A stretch of 64,000 nt of DNA from a virus: positions 16,862-80,861 of the IMG/VR virus record IMGVR_UViG_3300026097_001455, one strand, 5' to 3'. A model generated the notes under the pieces. It saw only the letters and a program-made list of their open reading frames with translations. It was not told the DNA's origin and did no database searches. This document shows, one piece after another, positions 1 to 9,607 of the stretch. Every line of letters begins with the position of its first letter. The first letter of the stretch is position 1. The position numbers and the translations under genes are program-made.

Positions 1-719
1 TCAGGAGTCTCAAACATACAGCAAAGCCTAATAGAGTAGTATATATCCCCTCTATTGAACTTGCTGTAATCACAATACTTAAGCATCTCTGGCCTTCTTT
101 CTAATAGGTTAATCCAGTCAATATTTGTCATCTTTGATGTACTTAGTATGTCAAGGTCACGTTCACCAGACTCAATTAATATCTCTGCTATCTGATACCC
201 TTTTAGAGCCTTATAGTTTACTTGTTCTATTATATCTCTTCTATAGTTATACCCCTGAATTATATTCATCGACTCCTTGAAGTTAAATCTGTAGTTTGAT
301 AGGTCGATCTTATTAAGAAAATATGTTTCGCCAATTGATAGAAGTGACGCAGCTTCAATAGTCTTTAGCTTATTGAGGTCTATAGGGAAATATTCTATAT
401 AATGAGGCCTCCTACCAAGTAGGTGAATTATATTCTTAATCTTATATTGGTGTCCGTCCAGGTGAGGCTTGATCTCATCAGCTATATCTGTACCAACATC
501 AATACACCTAATAAAAACCCTTATGAGTTTCATCTTGTCCATAGAATCCCAGTCAACAATTCTTCTAACATCTTCATTATTAACTATTACACGATCTGGT
601 ATAAGATTGAAGTCTACACTTTTAGACAATTTCTTAAGCATAGAAGGTGTGAGCTCATGCCAATGATTCACAAGGGTGTTAGCCAATATTGCATCAATTA
701 CTATGGGAATATTTTTCAT
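1..719 (-). CDS. Hypothetical helical-repeat protein, runs off the left edge; absent from the ORF track
   Basis: Manual translation from ATG at 719 (MKNIPIVIDAILANTLVNHW...DWINLLERRPEMLKYCDYSKF...) stays open to position 1. The + strand ORFs here are shadows of it. Confidence 0.8.
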   Translation of the reverse strand, partial: MKNIPIVIDAILANTLVNHWHELTPSMLKKLSKSVDFNLIPDRVIVNNEDVRRIVDWDSMDKMKLIRVFIRCIDVGTDIADEIKPHLDGHQYKIKNIIHLLGRRPHYIEYFPIDLNKLKTIEAASLLSIGETYFLNKIDLSNYRFNFKESMNIIQGYNYRRDIIEQVNYKALKGYQIAEILIESGERDLDILSTSKMTNIDWINLLERRPEMLKYCDYSKFNRGDIYYSIRLCCMFETP

Positions 720-755
720 AGTTGATTTTAAGAGTTTATTTGCTTATTTTTCCCC

Positions 756-1316
756 ATGGATACATTTATAGGTAATTGTGATAAATATATTGGACCTACC
801 TTATTAAAAATATATAATAAGGAAGGTAAACTAAAGCTGTATGTTAATAAAACTGAGCATGTAAAGATTATCTACATATATAGATATGAACAAGAAGTTA
901 CTCACATACATGCCTATACTATTCAACTGCCAGAACTTTCAAGAGATAGATTTATTAAAGACAAGAGTGGTAAGTATGTTAAAGGTAGACTTAGGCTTGG
1001 AGGTGATAAATTAAACGATAAGTACGCAACCTTTTTTGATTACACTAAGTTGATTGACAGTGTTCCACAGGAAACGGTTAGACTTTCAGAATCTAGAATG
1101 GAGCAGTGGGAGGTTGTAGGAGATATGGAAGAAATTAAAAATGAACACATATTTCTCAGTGGCAATAAATACGAAACTAGAAAGAAAGTGATTGAGGGCG
1201 ATGAGCTCACTATATATAAGACTATTTTTGAGAACGGAGAAATGAAGAACTTCCTTTTCTCAGTTCCAGAAAATAAAATTGAAGAATATTTAGATAAACT
1301 AAAACAAGAGGAATAA
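756..1316 (+). CDS. Hypothetical protein
   Basis: 186 aa ATG ORF; its stop overlaps the next start (TAATG). Confidence 0.75.
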   Translation: MDTFIGNCDKYIGPTLLKIYNKEGKLKLYVNKTEHVKIIYIYRYEQEVTHIHAYTIQLPELSRDRFIKDKSGKYVKGRLRLGGDKLNDKYATFFDYTKLIDSVPQETVRLSESRMEQWEVVGDMEEIKNEHIFLSGNKYETRKKVIEGDELTIYKTIFENGEMKNFLFSVPENKIEEYLDKLKQEE

Positions 1317-1633
1317 TGGAAAACGACAACAAAGTAGACATTGAGATGGCCGACATGATCGGTAAGACATATTTCAAAATAGCAACTTGGTATAACGAAG
1401 ACTTTGGTACCGAAGGAGAAAGAGCAGAAGGCCTTAAGCATGTTTGTGCAGAAGTAATACAACAAGTGCTTGAAGATACATTTATGCAAATACAAGGACT
1501 TGGCGGCACTGGAGTTAAGACAATAAAGAATGATCAGCCAGAAGATAATAGTACTCCAGGTAAAGGTGGAAGGATGTTCTCTGTAAATGAGGACGCTATT
1601 ACAAGAGCTATGAGAGAACAAAAAGAAGAATAA
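1316..1633 (+). CDS. Hypothetical protein
   Basis: 105 aa, coupled to its neighbours. Confidence 0.75.
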   Translation: MENDNKVDIEMADMIGKTYFKIATWYNEDFGTEGERAEGLKHVCAEVIQQVLEDTFMQIQGLGGTGVKTIKNDQPEDNSTPGKGGRMFSVNEDAITRAMREQKEE

Positions 1634-1635
1634 CA

Positions 1636-2484
1636 ATGAAGATACTCAGAAATATATTAAAGTTCATTACAGACCCTAAGAATACACGCATGCTGCTTTT
1701 AGCTGGTGTTGTTGTATTGATTTTACTTTTGTTGCAGCAATGTAATGCTAAAAACGCAGCAAGAGATGAGGCTGAGAAACAAAAGCAGGAGACTCAAAGA
1801 ATAACAAACAACTATAGAGCTGCAGAAGATAGTATCGAACAGTATCAAATTGACAAAGATACGTGGGAGGCTGAAAAGAAAGGGTACCTACTTGACTATG
1901 ATGAGTTAAAATCTGATTACAGCAATCTACTTGCTGACTTCAAAGAGGAGAAAAATAAGCCGCCAAAAGTAGTTATTAGAACTGAGTACATCATTAAAGA
2001 CTCAATAAGAGATGTTCCAGTTCTGGTTGAAATTGATAGTCTGGGCAATAAAACAATGAAATTTGGAGACTCTATAAACCACGACAAATCTAACTTCATG
2101 GTATTTGACGGGAAGATACCTTATGAAATAACTTTTGATGAAATTGATTCAGTGTATAGATTAGTTCCTGGAAGTGCTTCTTTAGATTTTGAATTAGGTA
2201 TGAATCTTGATCTCGGACTATTCCAAGATGAAGATACAAAAGAAGTTTTCATTAAGGCGCAAACAAACTATCCAGGATTAAAGTTTACAACACTAGATGG
2301 AGCCTTGGTAAGAACAAGCGATGAAAATAAAAAAGCGCTAAGAGCTCTCAGAAAACCATGGGCGTTGGGATTAAACTTAGGGTATGGAGCTGTAGTTGAT
2401 GTTGGTACAGGCACGGTAAGTACTGGGCCTTATTTTGGAGTTGGGATTAGTTATAGTCCTAAGTTCTTGCAGTGGGGGAGGTAA
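1636..2484 (+). CDS. Membrane-anchored coiled-coil protein, putative spanin-like lysis protein
   Basis: N-terminal TM helix (LLLAGVVVLILLLLQQC), coiled coil, and C-terminal amphipathic beta-strands WALGLNLGYG...GPYFGVGISY, as seen in Bacteroidota phage membrane proteins. Confidence 0.55.
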   Translation: MKILRNILKFITDPKNTRMLLLAGVVVLILLLLQQCNAKNAARDEAEKQKQETQRITNNYRAAEDSIEQYQIDKDTWEAEKKGYLLDYDELKSDYSNLLADFKEEKNKPPKVVIRTEYIIKDSIRDVPVLVEIDSLGNKTMKFGDSINHDKSNFMVFDGKIPYEITFDEIDSVYRLVPGSASLDFELGMNLDLGLFQDEDTKEVFIKAQTNYPGLKFTTLDGALVRTSDENKKALRALRKPWALGLNLGYGAVVDVGTGTVSTGPYFGVGISYSPKFLQWGR

Positions 2485-2501
2485 ATTAGTCTTTTTTAAA
2501 C

Positions 2502-2509
2502 TATTTATA
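2502..2509 (+). promoter_or_regulatory. Putative late promoter TATTTATA
   Basis: 12 nt upstream of ATG 2522; the same motif precedes about 15 genes in the window. Confidence 0.65.
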
Positions 2510-2521
2510 GAAAATAGTAAA

Positions 2522-3160
2522 ATGGCAAAAAAAGAAGATAAAATACCAGGCGGACTAACTGATAATTGGACTGTTGAGCAAGTTGCAAAAAAACATGACG
2601 TATCTGTAGAGGATATAAAGAAACAACTTAAAAAAGGCGAAAAGGTAGAGCTTGAGCACACGAATAGCAAAGATAAGGCTAAAGAGATTGCTCTTGATCA
2701 TCTTTATGAAGACCCTAAATACTACACAAATCTAAAAGACATGGAAGATAAGGCTAAAAAAGACATGAACGAAGGAAAGGAAAGCATCACTGAATTTGCT
2801 AAAAGAATGAGAGAGCTTACTGGTCTATCGGAGAATGAAGACAAGAAAAGGCTTAAGACAATTCAAGAAGGAGAAAATACTTTTGATGGAGAATCTAAGT
2901 TCATGGCAAAAGATTTCATGAAATCAAATGATAATGTTGAGGAAGAAGATAAGAAAGTTCCTGGCGATCTTGATATAAATGGAAACCCTATTCCTGCCCC
3001 TATTAATGAGTCTGAGGACAAAACAGATGAGGAATTTGAAACTCACAAGTTTGAACAAAAGACAATAGAAGAGGGCGAGAATGATGATGAGCTTTATCAA
3101 CTAGATGAAAACACTATTATAGTTCTTGATTTCCTCGATGGTGAGGAAGAAGAGAAGTAG
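2522..3160 (+). CDS. DUF5661-like acidic protein, probably head-associated
   Basis: KGEKVELEHT...AKEIALDHLYEDPKYYTNL motif; start moved to ATG 2522. Confidence 0.7.
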   Translation: MAKKEDKIPGGLTDNWTVEQVAKKHDVSVEDIKKQLKKGEKVELEHTNSKDKAKEIALDHLYEDPKYYTNLKDMEDKAKKDMNEGKESITEFAKRMRELTGLSENEDKKRLKTIQEGENTFDGESKFMAKDFMKSNDNVEEEDKKVPGDLDINGNPIPAPINESEDKTDEEFETHKFEQKTIEEGENDDELYQLDENTIIVLDFLDGEEEEK

Positions 3161-3209
3161 GATACCTTGGGACAAAAACGGCCCAGCCTAAAAGGACCGT
3201 TTGAGTTAC

Positions 3210-3243
3210 AAAAAAAGAGGACTTATCGCTAAGTCCTCTTTTC
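3210..3243. terminator. Bidirectional intrinsic terminator
   Basis: aaaagaggactta-tcgc-taagtcctctttt between convergent genes. Confidence 0.8.
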
Positions 3244-3264
3244 TATTTTTAGAAAATTAATTTA

Positions 3265-3510
3265 CTAATAACTTGACGGCTGATCTCCAGGCTGTGGCTC
3301 ATGATCTTCTATTATTTCCTGACTATTTGATGGCGCCTGAGGCTTTTGCGTTTCACCTGCTTGTTCTGCTGCACCTTCTTGAGAAAGTTTGTTAAGGTAG
3401 TTAATTGCGAGATAAATGTAATGTGATTCCTCTAAAGAGTATGCTGATTTACCATGCGCAACATTAACTGCTGAGATTAGTGTGTTTATCGCTTCTGCTA
3501 CTGAATTCAT
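3265..3510 (-). CDS. Small hypothetical protein
   Basis: 81 aa ATG ORF with AT-rich leader. Confidence 0.7.
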   Translation of the reverse strand: MNSVAEAINTLISAVNVAHGKSAYSLEESHYIYLAINYLNKLSQEGAAEQAGETQKPQAPSNSQEIIEDHEPQPGDQPSSY

Positions 3511-3573
3511 AATGTAAAATTTAATATTTATTAAATATATGAAGCTTCATCTTAAAACTAAATAGATATGATA

Positions 3574-4308
3574 TTAAAAATCTAAATTAAGAAAGCTTAA
3601 AACTTCTTTATTTTTTAAGTCTTTGTACCCACACACAAACAAGGCAAATTCTATGATCATATCAAGATACTTATCCACAGGCTTCTTATTCCCTTTTCCA
3701 TACTGCTGAACAACCTGCCTTCTGTCAACATCAATTTCTATAGTTACGTGAGGCATATTTTTACTATCCCTCAGAGATAGTATTAAAGATTTTCTGTTAT
3801 TTATCTTGTTTTTGTAATGACTACCTGCTACACAATGACCCATAACAGCACCTTCATGCTTAAGGTCTTTGGGTGTTAGTAGGTAAAGAAAGTGATTGTT
3901 ATCACTAAACTTGAACACAATTCTATCTTCTTCAACATCTGGCATGTCCATTTTTTGAATCTGGAGCTTTCTTCTCATTTCATCGTGCCAGTCAGTTTGC
4001 GCTTGATATGCGCTTTGAAAGTCGTATCTAAATATATCTGCTCTTGTTTCTGACGCCCAATCTACAATAAGCCTAAAGTCAGTGATTCTATTTATAAGCT
4101 CGTTATCCTTCTTGACTTCTTTAGAAATCCAAACATCATACTTATGCTTTCTTTTATCTGCCTTGTTCTGATCTTGATTAATACTACCTCCAACAAACCC
4201 TATAGAATCTCCTATTGAGGATATTTTCTTTACAATGTTATTAGCACTATCTTCTGGTAGATCAGAAAAGAATGAATCTTTTATGTATTGCTCTCTTTTA
4301 GTTAGCAT
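3574..4308 (-). CDS. PcfJ-like domain protein
   Basis: LKHEGAVMGHCVAG...ILSLRD...PHVTIE...QQYGKGNKKP. Confidence 0.75.
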   Translation of the reverse strand: MLTKREQYIKDSFFSDLPEDSANNIVKKISSIGDSIGFVGGSINQDQNKADKRKHKYDVWISKEVKKDNELINRITDFRLIVDWASETRADIFRYDFQSAYQAQTDWHDEMRRKLQIQKMDMPDVEEDRIVFKFSDNNHFLYLLTPKDLKHEGAVMGHCVAGSHYKNKINNRKSLILSLRDSKNMPHVTIEIDVDRRQVVQQYGKGNKKPVDKYLDMIIEFALFVCGYKDLKNKEVLSFLNLDF

Positions 4309-4565
4309 TATCCTACACTTATTCTAAGGTTGATACTCTTGTCATCGACATCACTCACTTCGAAACTTCCACCGTATTCTTTGGGGTCATCCATCTTAAG
4401 CCCATTGATCTTATGAGTTTTCTTGAAGGTGAATGTGTTGTCATCAGTTAGCTCAAAGTCTACTACGGTATAACATTTCATAAGTACTCGAAGCTTATGC
4501 TGTAGGATGGTTAGTTTCCTTCTTCTAAATGTTCTTCGTTTAATCACGAAATCCTTGTATACCAT
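4308..4565 (-). CDS. Hypothetical protein
   Basis: 85 aa, coupled to the next gene. Confidence 0.65.
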   Translation of the reverse strand: MVYKDFVIKRRTFRRRKLTILQHKLRVLMKCYTVVDFELTDDNTFTFKKTHKINGLKMDDPKEYGGSFEVSDVDDKSINLRISVG

Positions 4566-4568
4566 GGA

Positions 4569-5183
4569 TTACTTCTTTTTCTTCTTCTTTTTCTTCTTAA
4601 GACCCAGGGCGTTGATCTTCTTTTGGACTGAGCTCTCATTTCTATTGAGATTGTTAGCGCAATACTTCCTTCCCTTAGTCGGATAATGCTTCTTAAGGAA
4701 CTCTTCATCTTCATCAGACCAAGCTCCCTTGATATATCCGCCCTCTACATATTGTTTAACCTCGCTCTCAACGACTTCAAATGAAGTTGGGTCTTCTGGG
4801 TCCAGATCAATTTTAAAAGGCCCTGACGGCTTTTCTGAGGCTTCTGAAGATTTATCAACATTCTCTACTTCATGAGTTCTGGTTGTGTGAAACTTATCCA
4901 TAGTCTCATCGTTATTGGAATCAATAGTTGTGTCAATAGTATTATTGTCTGACTCCTGCTTAACAACTTCTTCACTTAATAGTGATGAGGAGTCTGATTC
5001 AAACAATTGAGCTTCCTTTGTGGTTATAAAATTTCTTTTCTTAAAAATTCTTATAGTCTTTGTCTCAAAGTCATCTGCAACTATTGAATTGCCGCCTAGA
5101 ATGGTTACTTTTTCGTCTACCCCATCCTTTCTGACAAATAGGCTAATTGGGTTGTCAGTAATGTTTTTGATCTGGATTTTCAT
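4569..5183 (-). CDS. Protein with C-terminal Myb/HTH-like DNA-binding motif
   Basis: WSDEDEEFLKKHYP...CANNLNRNESSVQKKINALGL followed by a poly-Lys tail. Confidence 0.6.
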   Translation of the reverse strand: MKIQIKNITDNPISLFVRKDGVDEKVTILGGNSIVADDFETKTIRIFKKRNFITTKEAQLFESDSSSLLSEEVVKQESDNNTIDTTIDSNNDETMDKFHTTRTHEVENVDKSSEASEKPSGPFKIDLDPEDPTSFEVVESEVKQYVEGGYIKGAWSDEDEEFLKKHYPTKGRKYCANNLNRNESSVQKKINALGLKKKKKKKKK

Positions 5184-5299
5184 CAGTATATTTTTCTATT
5201 TTTAGAAACATAAGAAACTACGGGTAAAAAATAAAATATTTGTCTAAAAAAAAGGCCTGCCAAATTAGCGACAGACCTTAATATATCTAATATTTGTTA

Positions 5300-7231
5300 T
5301 TATCCCTTGTAGTTACGGTTTCTTACCATTCTACCTTTTTCGGCATCAAAGTAATAAGCTGTATCTGGAGTCTTTTCTTCCTTAGGTTTAACAGAAACAC
5401 TCTCGTTAATAATTTCTTGCTTAGACTTTCTCTTAACTTCATTGATTGTTTCAATCTCATAGTTAGGATTCTTAACAAGATTTCCAGTGTTAAGATCAAG
5501 GATATAAGCCTTACTCTCATTAAGGTAGTCATCTTCGAATACCTTAAACTCTGCTCCAGAAAGAGAATCTGGCTTAGGAACTACTATCACTTCCTTACCA
5601 TCTACGCTGTCTCCAGCATCAATCTCTTGGTTTCTCTTCATGAATTCTTTTTCATTCTCTATTTCTCCTTGCTCTCTTGAAACTTCTTTGTGAGAAACTT
5701 CTGGCTCATCGCATCCGCACGATTCAGCAAGTCTAATAGTTGAGTTCTTCTCAAAGTCAGAAAGCGATTTCCATCTATTGCTTTCTTCTTCTTTAGATTT
5801 CTTGTGAGTAATTATATATCTCTTGTTAACTCCTTTTTCTTCGTTTTCTGTAAGACCAACAAATTTTCTTTTTGATGGGTCAAAGCTTTCAGAAAGACCT
5901 TTTGACTTCTTACCTTTCATTCCAGCTCTACCTCTTGGTGGGTTAGCTGCAAGATCGTTTTCTTCTTCAGAATTAACCTCAACTCCGTGAAGACCAAGTG
6001 CGTGGTTCTTATTCATTCCTTTAGGAACGTACCCACTTCCTGGCTCAAGCTCTACTTCTGTCCATCCATCTGAACTAGATTCTCTCTTGAGCGTTCTTTT
6101 CTTACCTTTCTTAGAATATGGAGTCTCTTCAAATCTCTCCTTGAGCTTTTTCTTGTTGATTTTGCTCTCTGGAGAATCTCCCATTTCTTCATCGAAGTCT
6201 CCACCCTTAGCGAATGCTCCTGGAGTTTGGTATGCTCCTGCTCCTGCTCCACCAGCACTTGCAGTAACTTCATCAATGTATTTCTCTTCCTTATCAGATT
6301 TCCATCCCATATCAATAGTTTCCCACTCAGAAGGCTTAAGTTCTTTAGGAGAAGATGCGCCAAATTTGTTCATCATCTTTTCGAAGTAATCTCTGTAATC
6401 TTTCCCCATCTTTTGCTCACACTCTTCTAGGTCATCAAATAGTAGATTACCTGGAGTGTTAGCATCTTTTACTTCTGGGTGATTCTGATCAACATCTTTG
6501 TCATCATGAGAGGATTCCATAATCCTATCAAGTGTTTCATCGTAATCAGATGTAATAATATCTGTTAGGCTTAATTTTTTCATATTGCTTTCAACCATTG
6601 AGTTTATACTTTTTTCGACTCTATCTTCAATTCCTAGCTTCGTCTTAATGAAGTAGTTCGCCTCTCTTTCGGCATACTCATCAAACTTTTTCTTAAGTTC
6701 TTTTTTGAATTTGCTCATGTTATCAAGCTTGAAGAATAGTTTATCATCTATCATGAATGGCCCTTTCTTGTCGTGGTGACCTCTAAAGAATGATACTTCA
6801 GTAGTCTTGTAAGTCATGTCCATTGTTTCTGATTCAGCGTCAATATCAACGTGAATCTCAACAACCATCTTCTTACCACCAAAGCTCAAGTTCTTTTCAA
6901 AGAATCCATTAGTTGACTTAGAGCCTTTAACTCTGTTAACAGTCACATTAACTTCACCTTTCTTGGAACCCATACCGTAAGTAGAACCATCACCGTAAAC
7001 ACCTCTATTCCAACCTTGCTCACCTTCACCTCTGTTCCAGTTAGTCTCGTCATCTTTCCTAATAGCTGTGTCTAAACGTGATTTAAAGCCTTCAGAATCG
7101 AAAGCTTTTTCAGAAGACTTTTCCAACTGCTCTTCAATTGCATCATAAACCTTAGCCTTAAGCTCTTGGTCTGTTGCAAAATGTGAACGTTGCTTGTCGT
7201 TTTTTTCTGAGTTATTTTCTATATTGGCCAT
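5300..7231 (-). CDS. Large charged protein, probably internal head protein
   Basis: Start moved to ATG 7231 behind a TATTTATA motif (7250-7257); EVTASAGGAGAGAYQTPGAF motif; several [IL]xE sites. Confidence 0.6.
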   Translation of the reverse strand: MANIENNSEKNDKQRSHFATDQELKAKVYDAIEEQLEKSSEKAFDSEGFKSRLDTAIRKDDETNWNRGEGEQGWNRGVYGDGSTYGMGSKKGEVNVTVNRVKGSKSTNGFFEKNLSFGGKKMVVEIHVDIDAESETMDMTYKTTEVSFFRGHHDKKGPFMIDDKLFFKLDNMSKFKKELKKKFDEYAEREANYFIKTKLGIEDRVEKSINSMVESNMKKLSLTDIITSDYDETLDRIMESSHDDKDVDQNHPEVKDANTPGNLLFDDLEECEQKMGKDYRDYFEKMMNKFGASSPKELKPSEWETIDMGWKSDKEEKYIDEVTASAGGAGAGAYQTPGAFAKGGDFDEEMGDSPESKINKKKLKERFEETPYSKKGKKRTLKRESSSDGWTEVELEPGSGYVPKGMNKNHALGLHGVEVNSEEENDLAANPPRGRAGMKGKKSKGLSESFDPSKRKFVGLTENEEKGVNKRYIITHKKSKEEESNRWKSLSDFEKNSTIRLAESCGCDEPEVSHKEVSREQGEIENEKEFMKRNQEIDAGDSVDGKEVIVVPKPDSLSGAEFKVFEDDYLNESKAYILDLNTGNLVKNPNYEIETINEVKRKSKQEIINESVSVKPKEEKTPDTAYYFDAEKGRMVRNRNYKG

Positions 7232-7268
7232 TTGAAAATCTTTATTTCCTATAAATAGGCCAAAAAAC

Positions 7269-7294
7269 AAAAAACCCATCACTTTGGATGGGTT
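7269..7294 (-). terminator. Intrinsic terminator
   Basis: aacccatc/gatgggtt stem with U-tract on the minus strand. Confidence 0.65.
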
Positions 7295-7300
7295 CAAGTA

Positions 7301-7576
7301 TTATGATTGTTTACTGAATATTCCTGGCTTTCTGAAAATCTTATTGCCTATCCAGACTAGATTTTTTTCTTTTGTAGTTTCGGCCTCTTCTATCTCCTCA
7401 AGGCCAAATTGCTCTGCGTGGTTATCAATCCAATGCTCGATCAGCTCAACCATTGGCTTGCTCCTAAAATCATCGTTATACTTTTTGGTGTCTGAGTATT
7501 CATTTACCAACTCACTTGCCATGTGAAATTCAGATCGAAATCCGAAAAATTCAAAGTCTTTAAAATAGTCTTGCAT
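7301..7576 (-). CDS. Hypothetical protein
   Basis: ATG 7576 preferred over TTG 7618. Confidence 0.6.
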   Translation of the reverse strand: MQDYFKDFEFFGFRSEFHMASELVNEYSDTKKYNDDFRSKPMVELIEHWIDNHAEQFGLEEIEEAETTKEKNLVWIGNKIFRKPGIFSKQS

Positions 7577-7581
7577 AATTT

Positions 7582-7878
7582 TTATTTTACGTATCCCCTT
7601 TTTAACCAACACTTCCAAGTATCTTTGTCCACAAACTCTCTGACACCTGGGTTATCAAGATATAGTTTATTTTTATACATATATCCCACAAAACGCCTGC
7701 TCTTAACCTTTTTTTTCTTAGATATTATCTTTCCAGTAATGTCTACATCTTCAAGGTTTAAGTCTTCTTCTACTTCATAAATATGGTCTTTATATATTTT
7801 CTCAGCATGTAGCCAGAAACGATAGTTCCATATTAAATTTAGTAGATAGAATCTTAGTCTTGAGCACTTCCATATCAT
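7582..7878 (-). CDS. Hypothetical protein
   Basis: ATGA overlap with the upstream gene. Confidence 0.6.
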   Translation of the reverse strand: MIWKCSRLRFYLLNLIWNYRFWLHAEKIYKDHIYEVEEDLNLEDVDITGKIISKKKKVKSRRFVGYMYKNKLYLDNPGVREFVDKDTWKCWLKRGYVK

Positions 7879-8105
7879 CCTATTGTAATTTTGGATATTA
7901 TGAAATATGCGATAATAAATATAAGGGAAGCTATTGACATCAGCATAAAGAAAAATACGAAGTTAAATCTCATTCTTCTCCATATAGATAGCTCATCATA
8001 ACCTTCTTGCCTCCTTGTTCCCTGGAAGTCCTTAAACACGAACCAACCAGCGAAGCCAGCAGCTACAGCCAATAGTCCAATAATTATTTTCAGTAATATC
8101 GCCAT
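7875..8105 (-). CDS. Small protein with two transmembrane segments
   Basis: Two hydrophobic stretches in 76 aa. Confidence 0.65.
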   Translation of the reverse strand: MAILLKIIIGLLAVAAGFAGWFVFKDFQGTRRQEGYDELSIWRRMRFNFVFFFMLMSIASLIFIIAYFIISKITIG

Positions 8106-8378
8106 TTATTTATCTTCTTTATCAGTAGGTGAGTCTGCGCTTTCTGAATCACCTTCGTCTTTAAGTTCGTTAGAAGTTAGTTGAACTATGAACGCCTGAG
8201 TTTCTTGCATAGATGCGTGAATATCTGCTAAATCAGAAACCTTACCCTTAATCTTGTCAATTAAGCCAATCTGTTTATCCCTATCGTTAAGGATAGCATT
8301 GATGTCGTTCATTAGATCGTTTTGATCACTCTTGAGCGACATCATTACTTCACCTAATATTTCAAGTTTACTCTTCAT
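8106..8378 (-). CDS. Coiled-coil hypothetical protein
   Basis: 90 aa, heptad pattern. Confidence 0.65.
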   Translation of the reverse strand: MKSKLEILGEVMMSLKSDQNDLMNDINAILNDRDKQIGLIDKIKGKVSDLADIHASMQETQAFIVQLTSNELKDEGDSESADSPTDKEDK

Positions 8379-8841
8379 TGCTAACTGGCTCTCTTGATAA
8401 TTCTACATCAAGGTCTTCATAAAAAACGTCCATGATTTTAGTGAGCGAAACATCTGTAGTTTCATAAGTAAACATAGCATCTGACAATTTATCCGCCAAT
8501 TTGTTATTAGCAGATTGAACTGAAAATTCTTCTACCATGTAAGTCTGCTTAGTCTTAGAAACCTTTCCGTTATCATCTTCTTCAGAGATTTCGATCTTGC
8601 ACTTATACCATTGTCCTCCATCTTGATTTCTGACTACATCAGTTACGTCAGTTACAGACATAGCATGTACAAGGAACTCTCCTTGTGCTGATTTTCCGAT
8701 TTCTTTTGTGATTCTTGCTTCAGCATCTGTGAATGATACTGCTGGAAGGAGGAACGCCTCATTTACCTTTTTAAGGTCTTCATTTCCGTTCTTTTCAACC
8801 TTCTTAGTGTACTTTACCTTTACGGTATACCATCTGTTCAT
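8368..8841 (-). CDS. DUF4494 family protein (Bacteroidota-type)
   Basis: WYTVKVKY...KKVNEAFLLPAVSFTDAEARI...WYKCKI...TKIMDVF tandem-domain pattern. Confidence 0.8.
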   Translation of the reverse strand: MNRWYTVKVKYTKKVEKNGNEDLKKVNEAFLLPAVSFTDAEARITKEIGKSAQGEFLVHAMSVTDVTDVVRNQDGGQWYKCKIEISEEDDNGKVSKTKQTYMVEEFSVQSANNKLADKLSDAMFTYETTDVSLTKIMDVFYEDLDVELSREPVSNEE

Positions 8842-8865
8842 AATGTTGTCTCTTTTGATTTACTA

Positions 8866-8873
8866 CAAATGTA
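8866..8873 (-). promoter_or_regulatory. Bacteroidota-type -7 promoter element TAnnTTTG (TACATTTG)
   Basis: Matches the -7 consensus, with TTG 20 nt upstream (8894-8896). Confidence 0.6.
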
Positions 8874-8899
8874 GAATTTTTTGAGACAAAAAACAATAG

Positions 8900-9607
8900 T
8901 TATCTATGGAATCTATGATTGTTTGTGCTCATCATATTGGTATCAAATATACCCATCCCTTTATTAGTGGCAGCACCCCCAGCTTTTCTAAGGTTCTTTT
9001 TAGTGTTAAGGTTGTCTTGCTTGAGTGAACCCATTTCTTGGTTTACCCAATCTTTACCAGAATCTCCGCCATGAAGTTCCCAGGCTTGAATTATTCCAGA
9101 ATTTTTAACGGTTTTTCCTGCTTGCTTATCCTGGTTATATTCGTCTTGATTGGTTTCAAAGAAAGATTTAAGCCTTCTCATCTGATCAAAAGACTGAGTT
9201 TGCTTAGAAGCGAGTTCCTTGGCTTTAGATAGTCCAGAGCCAGTGTTTGTACCAGATGTGGTTAGATTATTGTTATGAGCAGCATTAAGCGCCTCCTGAG
9301 CTCTCTGAGCAACGTTTGGTGGAGGAGTAAATGTTTTGTTGTTATCGAATTGAAATGCTTCGTACAAAACCTTTCTAACTCTTTGCCTAACTTCAGCTAC
9401 CATTTTTGAATCCTGGTTTACTGAGCTAGTTTTTTTCTTGTAATCATTAACAACTGAGTCGGGATAAAGAGTGTTCTTATCCATAACATGAAGCCTATCT
9501 ATATCATATCCCATATCAAGATAGTCCTCTAACTCATCGCTCCAGATGTAAATCATATCACCTGATTCTTCTGGACTAAATTTATCTCCAAATCCTAGTT
9601 GTTCCAT
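8900..9607 (-). CDS. Phage head-associated domain protein
   Basis: TPPPNVAQRAQEAL...GLSKAKELA...MRRLKSFF...AWELHGGDSGKDWV resembles a domain often fused to phage head-morphogenesis proteins. Confidence 0.55.
   Translation of the reverse strand: MEQLGFGDKFSPEESGDMIYIWSDELEDYLDMGYDIDRLHVMDKNTLYPDSVVNDYKKKTSSVNQDSKMVAEVRQRVRKVLYEAFQFDNNKTFTPPPNVAQRAQEALNAAHNNNLTTSGTNTGSGLSKAKELASKQTQSFDQMRRLKSFFETNQDEYNQDKQAGKTVKNSGIIQAWELHGGDSGKDWVNQEMGSLKQDNLNTKKNLRKAGGAATNKGMGIFDTNMMSTNNHRFHR

Noticed and set aside
423-725. + strand ORFs 423-725 and 469-666
   Set aside because: Antisense shadows of the minus-strand gene at 1-719.
7875-8105. Holin
   Set aside because: Two TM segments only; not linked to the endolysin or to a late promoter, so it cannot be supported.
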